A DNA stretch of 64,000 nucleotides from Dendrobates tinctorius. Lineage: Eukaryota. The stretch is taken from positions 3,596,001-3,660,000 of the forward strand of contig NW_027361798.1 of assembly GCF_039654945.1 (NCBI RefSeq). Direction: 5' to 3'. Under the pieces are notes generated by a model that had not been told where the DNA came from, did not search any database, and worked only from the letters and a program-made list of their open reading frames with translations. This document shows, one piece after another, positions 56,004-64,000 of the stretch. Position 1 is the first letter of the stretch. Each line of letters begins with the position of its first letter. The translations under genes and the position numbers were made by a program.

Positions 56004-58006
56004 TGTTATGGTCGGCGGAACGCAACAGATATAAAATAATAAGAGGTGCGTTCGCCGCCCGGGGTCCACCGTGCGGTAGTTGATAAGACCGCTGCTGGGC
56101 AATGGCAGATGCACCAGAAGGTGAAGTAGTGCGCACGGGTTAACGTCACCTGAACGCTAGGAGCGTCTCTGTTCAGACACAGAGTCGCTTGCCAGAAATA
56201 TATACAAAGGTGCTGGCCCTGTTATCGTCACAGGAGTCAGCGTGTGGCGTCGCAGCCGCGAACACCAATAGCTGCTGTTAATGCAGCGCAGCGGCAACTA
56301 TAGCCGCAAGCGTCGGCGCCGAGGACCGGGCACCGACGGACGCTAGTGTAGGCGAAGCAGCACTGTGGCGTAGCTTGCCTCTACCTGGTGCTGACCTAAG
56401 AACACTCTCTGTCACCAATCGTATTATCCAAGGGAAGGGGTTTCATAATGAGTCAGCCACCAGTCCATGCATCCATCACCATTCACACACATAGCAAGAA
56501 AAGTCTACACTAGCGCATCGTCGAGCCGCCCTGCGGGCTTTTTATAGCGATGCGCTTCCGGAACCTTCCATTAGCTTGGGAAGGACCAATCAGATCCGAC
56601 GCAGGACCTGAGCATGTGACCCCTGCTCTCCAGTGAGAGGTCAAGTTGCGGGCATGCCCAGTAGCACGGCATGAGGACTTAGCCTCAGGAGCGGTTCCCT
56701 GCAAAGCAGGTTGCGCTGCCATTGCTGCACCAGAGGTGGCAGCAACATCGAGGCTGCCAGAGCGAGTCTGAGCAGCAGGCCTGGCTCGCTGTGTTTGCTG
56801 AGCAACACCCGGAGCGGTTGAAGAAGAATGGGAGACCGCAGCATGTCTGGCTCTGGATTCCTGCTGTGCAGTGCCAGGAATCCGACGCCCAACATCACCC
56901 CCCCCCCCCCCCCCAGGGCCCCCCTCCCCCTGAGCCCCACCGCGCCCAAAAGCAGCGATCAGGAGCGGTGCATGAATGTTCTCCACCGGCTCCCAGGTCC
57001 GAGCCTCAGGACCTTGACCCCTCCAGTCCACCAAATAAAACTATTTGCCACGGACAAGCCTGCGCCCCACGATGGCATTAACCTCAAACCCGTCAGACGA
57101 TAAGTCTGATGACCCGGTGGATGGTTCAGAAAACCAGACTATGTGAACTGGTTTGAGGAGGGACACATGAAACATGTCCGATATGGCCAAATGTGGAGGA
57201 AGAGCCAGGCGGTAGACCACTGAGCTAAGTCGCTCGAGGACCTTGAACAGTCCAATGTAACGTGGTGCGAATTTGGGAGACTCGACCCGCAGTTTGATAT
57301 TCCGGGTGGAGAGCCACACCATGTCACCAGGGGAGAAGCTTGGTGCGTGTCGGCGGACGCCCTCATCCTTTCTTTAGATGCCCGGATAGCATCCTGCGTG
57401 CGATCCCAAATGTCCCGGCCCTCCACTGCCCAGTCTGCCACCCTGGAGTCAGCGGAGGACACCGGCATTGGGACAGGGACGCGAGGGTGTTGACCATAAT
57501 TTAGGAGAAAAGGCGTCTGACCAGTGGAATCGGCCACCGCATTGTTTAGGGCAAACTCAGCCCAAGGCAGCAAGGATGCCCAGTCATCCTGCCTGGCAGA
57601 GACAAAATGTCGTAGATAGGTGACCAAGGTCTGATTGGCCCTTTCGACAAAGCCATTCGTCTCGGGATGGTAGGCGGAAGACAGATTTAGCTCGATGCTG
57701 AGTAAGCTGCAGAGCTCCCTCCAAAACCGAGACGCAAACTGCGGACCTCGGTCACTTACGATTTTGTCCGGCATACCATGTAAACGGAATACATGCTTAA
57801 TGAACAGGACGGCCAGACCTCGGGCGGAGGGTAGGCGTGCGAGTGGCACCAGATGTGCCATTTTGGAAAAATGGTCGGTAACCACCCAGATGACCGTACT
57901 GCCACTGGACTTGGGCAGGCCAACTATAAAGTCAATGCCCACCATTTCCCATGGTCTATCCGCTACTGGCAGGGGAAACAAGAGCCCCGCCAGCCTCTGT
58001 CTAGAG

Positions 58007-59988
58007 CAGTGGTCCCCAACCCTTTTTGCACCAGGGACCGGCTTGAACCAAGACCATTCTTCCATGGCCCGGCAGGGCGGGGATGGAGGTTTGACAGGGG
58101 CGGGGCTTTGGTCATAAGGGGGCGGGGCTATGGACGCGGTTGTAGTTTAGCCGTGCATATTTATCATTTAATTATAACATTTTTAATGTGACTCAACTCA
58201 CCATAGGTTTTGAATGAGTGGGAGCACCTGGCTTGTTTCTGTTTCAGTGGGAGCACCGGGCTACTTCTACTGATGACCGTCACTGCTAATGATGATTGGA
58301 ACCTACAAGGAAATGGAGCATTGAGCACTTAAGAACAATTGTACTGGAGTACTGTACATGCTGATTATTTTCTAATCATCAGAAAATGTATGTGTGGTCC
58401 CCCCCGTCCAGCTCTGTGTTGCTCCCCTGTCCCATCCTGTATACATGGCTCTGCTCCCACTCTCCCATCCTGTATACATGGCTCTGCTCCCATCCTGTAT
58501 GCATGGCTCTGCTCCCATCCTGTATACATGGCTCCGCTCCCATCCTCCCATCCTGTATACATGGCTCTGCTCCCACTCTCCCATCCTGTATACATGGCTC
58601 TGCTCCCACTCTTCTATCCTGTATACATGGCTCCCCTGTCCCATCCTGTATGCATGGCTCCGCTCCCACTCTCCCTCCCTTGTATATATGGCTCCGCTCC
58701 CACTCTCCCGGCCTCCCTTGTATATATGGCTCAGCTCCCAGTCTCCCTCCCTCGTATATATGGCTCTGCTCCCATTCTCCCTCCCCTGTGTATATGGCTC
58801 CGCTCCCACTCTCCCTCCCTTGTATATATGGCTCCGTTCCCAGTCTCCCTCGCTTGTATATATGGCTCTGCTCCCACTCTCCCTCCCCTGTGTATATGGC
58901 TCCGCTCTCATTCTCCCTCCCCTGTGTATATGGCTCCGCTCCCATTCTCCCTCCCCTGTGTATATGGCTCCGCTCCCATTCTCCCTCCTGTGTATATGGC
59001 TCCGCTCCCATTCTCCCTCCCCTGTATATATGGCTCCGCTCCCAGTCTCCCTCCCCTGTGTATATGGCCCGCTCCCAGTCTCCCTCCCTTGTATATGGCT
59101 CCGCTCCCACCCTCCCTCCCTTGTATATATGGCTCCGCTCCCACTCTCCCTCCCCTGTGTATATGGCTCCGCTCCCAGTCTCCCTCCCCTGTGTATATGG
59201 CTCCGCTCCCAGTCTCCCTCCCCTGTGTATATGGCTCCACTCCCAGTCTCCCTCCCCTGTGTATATGGCTCCGCTCCCAGTCTCCCTCCCCTGTGTATAT
59301 GGCTCCGCTCTCATTCTCCCTCCCCTGTGTATACGGCTCCGCTCCCATTCTCCCTCCCCTGTGTATATGGCTCCGCTCCCATTCTCCCTCCCCTGTGTAT
59401 ACGGCTCCGCTCCCATTCTCCCTCCCCTGTGTATATGGCTCCGCTCCCATTCTCCCTCCCCTGTGTATATGGCTCCGCTCCCACTCTCCCTCCCCTGTGT
59501 ATATGGCTCCGCTCCCACTCTCCCTCCCCTGTGTATATGGCTCCGCTCCCACTCTCCCTCCCCTGTGTATATGGCTCCGCTCCCACTCTCTCTCCCTTAT
59601 ATTTATGGCTCCGCTTGGCTCCCCCATCCTCCCCATCATACTTACCCTCACGTCGCTGAACTTCCTTCCCGTCGCTGCACGTCCCTGCATCTCGCGACGC
59701 TTCAGCTTCTTCCTGTGCGGAGCGGTCACGTGCTACCGCTCATTAAGGTCCATGAATATGGACGCCACGCCTATGGGAGATGAGTGGCGTCCATATTCAT
59801 GACCTTAAATGAGCGGTAGCACGTGACCGCTCAGCGCTGGATGAAGCCGCCGCTGGATGAAGCCGCCGCGGGATGCAGGGTGAGTATCAGCTGCTGCACC
59901 GCCCCCCGGCTCCCCTTGTGTCCGCGGACCGGCAAGGGCACTGCAACGGCCCGGTGCTGGGCCGCGGACCGGCGGTTGGGGACCCCTG
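58007..59988. mobile_element. Non-autonomous hAT (Charlie-type) element inserted in the integrase
   Basis: TIRs CAGTGGTCCCCAACC...GGTTGGGGACCCCTG; 8-bp TSD GTCTAGAG at 57999-58006 and 59989-59996. Confidence 0.95.
58420..59615 (+). repeat. 34-bp minisatellite (ATGGCTCCGCTCCCACTCTCCCTCCCCTGTGTAT) inside the MITE
   Basis: GGCTCC recurs at 59471 and 59505; shorter variant units at the left end. Confidence 0.95.
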
Positions 59989-62900
59989 GTCTAGAGGGCC
60001 TGTTCCGGGCACACGAGACACATGCTTTCACGTATGCCTTGACGTCTCGAGCCATATGCGGCCATCAATATGACCTTGCCAGGAGTTCGGTGGTCCGTTT
60101 ATTACCAAAATGGCCACCTAGCCTGGAGGCATGTGCCCAGGCAAGAACCTCTGGCCGTAGCCGAGGGGGCACTAAGGTCTTGCCTGGCGGTACCGACTCG
60201 AGATCGATAGGAGCCACGGTCGTAAAACTCTCTGGAGGGAGAATTAACCGAGGCTACGCTTATCCCTCCTCCGCTGAGACCACCGAGCGTGAGAGGGCAT
60301 CTGCTCGGACGTTCTTCTCCCCGGAGAGGTAGTGTAGGGTAAAGCGGAAGCGAGAAAAGAAGAGCGACCACCTGGCCTGACGGGAATTCAGGCGTTGGGC
60401 CGTCTGAAGATAGACCAGGTTTTTATGGTCCGTGAAGACCTGAAAGGGGAACCGGGCTCCCTCCAGGAGATGTCTCCACTCGGAAAAAGCCAATTTCATG
60501 GCCAGCAGCTCCCTGTCGCCGATGGAGTAATTTTGCTCCGCCGGTGAGAAGGTCTTAGAAGAAGCAGGGATGCTTCCGACCTTGAACATCCTTTTGGTAA
60601 AGGACTGCTCCTGCACAGACGGAAGAAGCGTCTACCTCAAGGATAAACGGCTTATCCACATCGGGACGGTGTAAAATGGGAGCGCCTGCAAAGTGGGACT
60701 TTACGGAGGAAAAGGCCTTAGAAACCTGTTCGGTCCACGCCTTAGGATTAGCTCCTTTTTTCGTGAGAGCAACCAAAGGAGCTACCAGGGTGGAAAAGTG
60801 GGGTATAAACTGGCGATAATAGTTAACGAACCCTAAAAAGCGCTACACCGCTTTAAGAGAATGGGGTTCCTGCCAGTCCATAACCGCTTGCAGTTTGGCC
60901 AGATCCATAGTCAACCCCTGGGCCGAGATGACGTAGCCCAGAAATGGCAAGGACTCCTGCTCGAACAGACACTTCTCCAGCTTGGCGAACAGGAAATTCG
61001 CCCGTAGGCGGTCAAATACCCTGCAGACATCTTTCCGGTGGGTGGGCAAATCTGGCGAAAAGATGAGGATGTCATCCAGATAGACTACCACCGAGGTAGA
61101 AAGCATGTCACGGAAGACGTCGTTGACGAAATCCTGGAAGACAGTGGGCGCATTACAAAGGCCAAAGGGCATGACCAGATATTCATAATGGCCATCCCGA
61201 GTATTAAAAGCTGTCTTGCACTCGTCTCCCTCACGAATACGGATCAGGTTGTATGCCCCTCGTAGATCTAGCTTAGTAAAGAGTCGCGCCCCACGCAACC
61301 TGTCGAACAACTCGGAGATCAACGGGAGAGGGTACTTATTCTTGACCGTGATGGCATTGAGACCCCGGTAGTCGATGCAAGGGCGTAACTCTCTGCTCTT
61401 CTTCTGAACGAAGAAGCCTGCCCCGGCCGGTGACACCGACTTCCTGATAAAGCCCCGTGCCAGGTTCTCCCTGATGTATTGGGACATTGCCTCCGTCTCC
61501 GGGAGAGATAATGGGTAAACACAACCTCGAGGAGGTTCTGTGCCTGGCAGGAGGTCAATCGGGCAGTCATAGGGACGGTGCGGTGGGAGTGTCTCCGCGG
61601 ACTTCTTAGAGAAGACGTCCGCATATTGATGGTAAGGTTCAGGGAGCGTGGAGAGGTTTGTAGGCAGCTCCGTAGACGCTCCCTGAAGACTGTCCCTGAG
61701 ACACCTACCCTCGCAGTCCTTGCTCCAGCCCAATATTCTCCCCGAAGCCCAATCAATGTGAGGGGAGTGACATCGAAGCCAGGGAACCCCAAGGAGTACC
61801 TGATCGATGCCATGAGGCATAATAAGCAAGGACAGGGTCTCCGGATGTGAGGGGGACATGGCGAGACCGAGTGGGACCGTCTGATGGGTCACTCGAGACG
61901 GCAATGGTGCCCCATCCACCACCCTGATGGTCAGAGGTTGTGGGAGTAATACCAGAGGGATAGTGTGACTCTGGGCAAAACTCGAGGACATAAAGTTCCC
62001 CTCGGCCCCGGAATCCAGAGTGACCTCTGCCTCCCAGGTGGAGGAAACATTATCTAGGGTACCCCGGAATACCGGCTTAGGCGAAAAGGACTCCATCTGG
62101 GACTGGCCACCACCTACAACCATGGAACGGGGTCGTCCCTTCGGCCGCTGAGGACATGTGCCAGCCGTGTGGCCAAAGTGTTGGCAGTGGTAACAGCGCA
62201 CGGAGCCCCGCACCTGACGTGGCTTAGTACCGGTGCGAGATACCTCCATGGGCTCGGTGGAGGGAGACTCCTGTGCGAAATGGCTCAGCGGTTCGGTAAA
62301 GGTGGGAGCCAGGTTAATTTTACGCCGGGATTGAGTCCTCTCCAACCCGCGCTCCTTGAACCGGAGATCAATACGGGTGGAGACGGTGATCAATTCCTCC
62401 AGAGTTGTGGGAATATCTCGGGTAGCTAGAGCATCCTTGACGTGCTCAGCTAGGCTTCTCCAGAACACTGGGACTAATACTTTGTCCGGCCACTCCAGTT
62501 CGGAAGCCAATGTCCGAAACCGGACAGCATAATGACTAACCGAGAGTGACCCTTGCGTTAAGGACAACAGGTCGAGAGCCGTATCGTGCGTGACCTGTGG
62601 TCCTAAGAAGACCTGCTTCAGAGCCGCGAGGAACTGAGCAGGCCCCTGAACCAGAGGATCATCACGTTCCCACAATGGCGTGGCCCACTGCAATGCCCGG
62701 CCAGACAATAAGGAGACAATGAAGCCCACCTTAGCCCGCTCTGTAGGAAACCGTGCAGCCAGCAACTCCAGGTGAATGGAGCACTGACTGACGAATCCCC
62801 TACAGGTGGAGCTTTCACCCGAAAACTTATCGGGGAGCGGGAGGGAAGAGATTGTCGGCGAGGGCAAGAGTGTGGGTACACGTGAGACGGCCTCAGCGAC

Positions 62901-64000
62901 CGTCTGGGCGGCAGCTAGAGCAGCATTCGCAGCTGAGTTGGTGCTCTCGATAGCCGCCAACCTGCTCTCCAGCTGCCGAATGTAGCGCTGCAGCTGCTGC
63001 ACGTCTGCCATTGTCAGCCAGACCCTGGCGCTAGTGTAATGTTATGGTCGGCGGAACGCACCAGATATAAAATAATAAGAGGTGCGTTCGCCGCCCGGGG
63101 TCCACCGTGCGGTAGTTGGTAGGACCGCTGCTGGGCAATGGCAGATGCACCAGAAGGTGAAGTAGTGCGCACGGGTTAATGTCACCCGAACGCTAGGAGC
63201 GGCTCTGTTCAGACACAGAGTCGCTTGCCAGAAATAAATACAAAGGTGCTGGCCCTGTTATCGTCACAGGAGTCAGCGTGTGGCGTCGCAGCCGCGAACA
63301 CCAATAGCTGCTGTTAATGCAGCGCAGCGGCAACTATAGCCGCAAGCGTCGGCGCCGAGGACCGGGCACCGACGGACGCTAGTGTAGGCGAAGCAGCACT
63401 GTGGCGTAGCTTGCCTCTAATTGGTGCTGACCTAAGAACACTCTCTGTCACCAATCGTATTATCCGAGGGAAGGGGTTTCATAATGAGTCAGCCAACAGT
63501 CCATGCATCCGTCACCATTCACACACATAGCAAGATAAGTCTACACTAGCGCATCGCCGAGCCGCCCTGCGGGCTTTTTATAGCGATGCACTTCCGGAAC
63601 CTTCCATTAGCTTGGGAAGTACCAATCAGATCCGACGCAGGACCTGAGCATGTGACCCCTGCTCTCCAGTGAGAGGTCAAGTTGCGGGCATGCCCAGTAG
63701 CACGGCATGAGGACTTAGCCTCAGGAGCGGTTCCCTGCAAAGCAGGTTGCGCTGCCATTGCTGCACCAGAGGTGGCAGCAACATCCAGGCTGCCAGAGCG
63801 AGTCTGAGCAGCAGGCCTGGCTCGCCGTGTTTGCTGAGCAACACCCGGAGCGGTTGAGGAAGAATGGGAGACCGCAGGATGTCTGGCTCTGGATTCCTGC
63901 TGTGCAGTGCCAGGAATCCGACGCTTAACACATTTGCTGTGGATGGTGTACAACTTAAATTTCTTCTGGCAATTACTCTGATCTGCTCCCTGTCCACATT

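Larger units (their letters stand above)
56895..63011 (-). pseudogene. Gag-protease-RT-RNase H-integrase-chromodomain polyprotein, disrupted
   Basis: CYHCQHFGHTAGTC, LDSGAEGNF, YLDD, EVDASS, DFIVGLP..SDRGPQF..HPETNG, and chromodomain [23 protein letters not shown]; stops, frameshifts and a MITE insertion. Confidence 0.93.
56004..63930 (-). mobile_element. Full-length Gypsy chromovirus element B (Tf1/sushi group), LTRs 56004-56894 and 63040-63930
   Basis: Two near-identical 891-bp LTRs with TG..CA ends; TSD CATTT at 55999-56003 and 63931-63935; G-rich PPT at about 56895-56920. Confidence 0.97.

Noticed and set aside
58339-59802. Three overlapping 420-490-aa Pro-rich ORFs
   Set aside because: Translation of a 34-bp minisatellite inside a MITE

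Overview
Eukaryotic, vertebrate-type DNA (the repeat content suggests an anuran amphibian, by inference): a decaying tandem replication-dependent histone cluster heavily invaded by satellites and transposons. Gene order is H1(-), H4(+), H4(+), H3(-), truncated H1(-), frameshifted H4(+); no H2A or H2B is seen. A 36-bp satellite fills about 1-15975 and 36410-40272. It begins exactly inside the H1 3' stem-loop, and its monomer is the stem-loop 3' arm, the ACCAC cleavage site and the U7-binding downstream element (AGAGCTGTA), so it appears to be an amplified histone mRNA 3'-processing signal. The first array flips orientation at a palindrome at about 12202. A 32-bp satellite flanks the H4 genes and sits at the rearrangement junctions. 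Mobile elements are four near-identical CR1 LINE insertions; two large hAT transposons, one with both TIRs, an 8-bp TSD and a captured degenerate 18S rRNA segment; a Charlie-type hAT MITE; an L2-type tail; a solo LTR; and two nested Tf1/sushi-type Gypsy elements whose PBS is complementary to their own predicted 5' end (self-priming).
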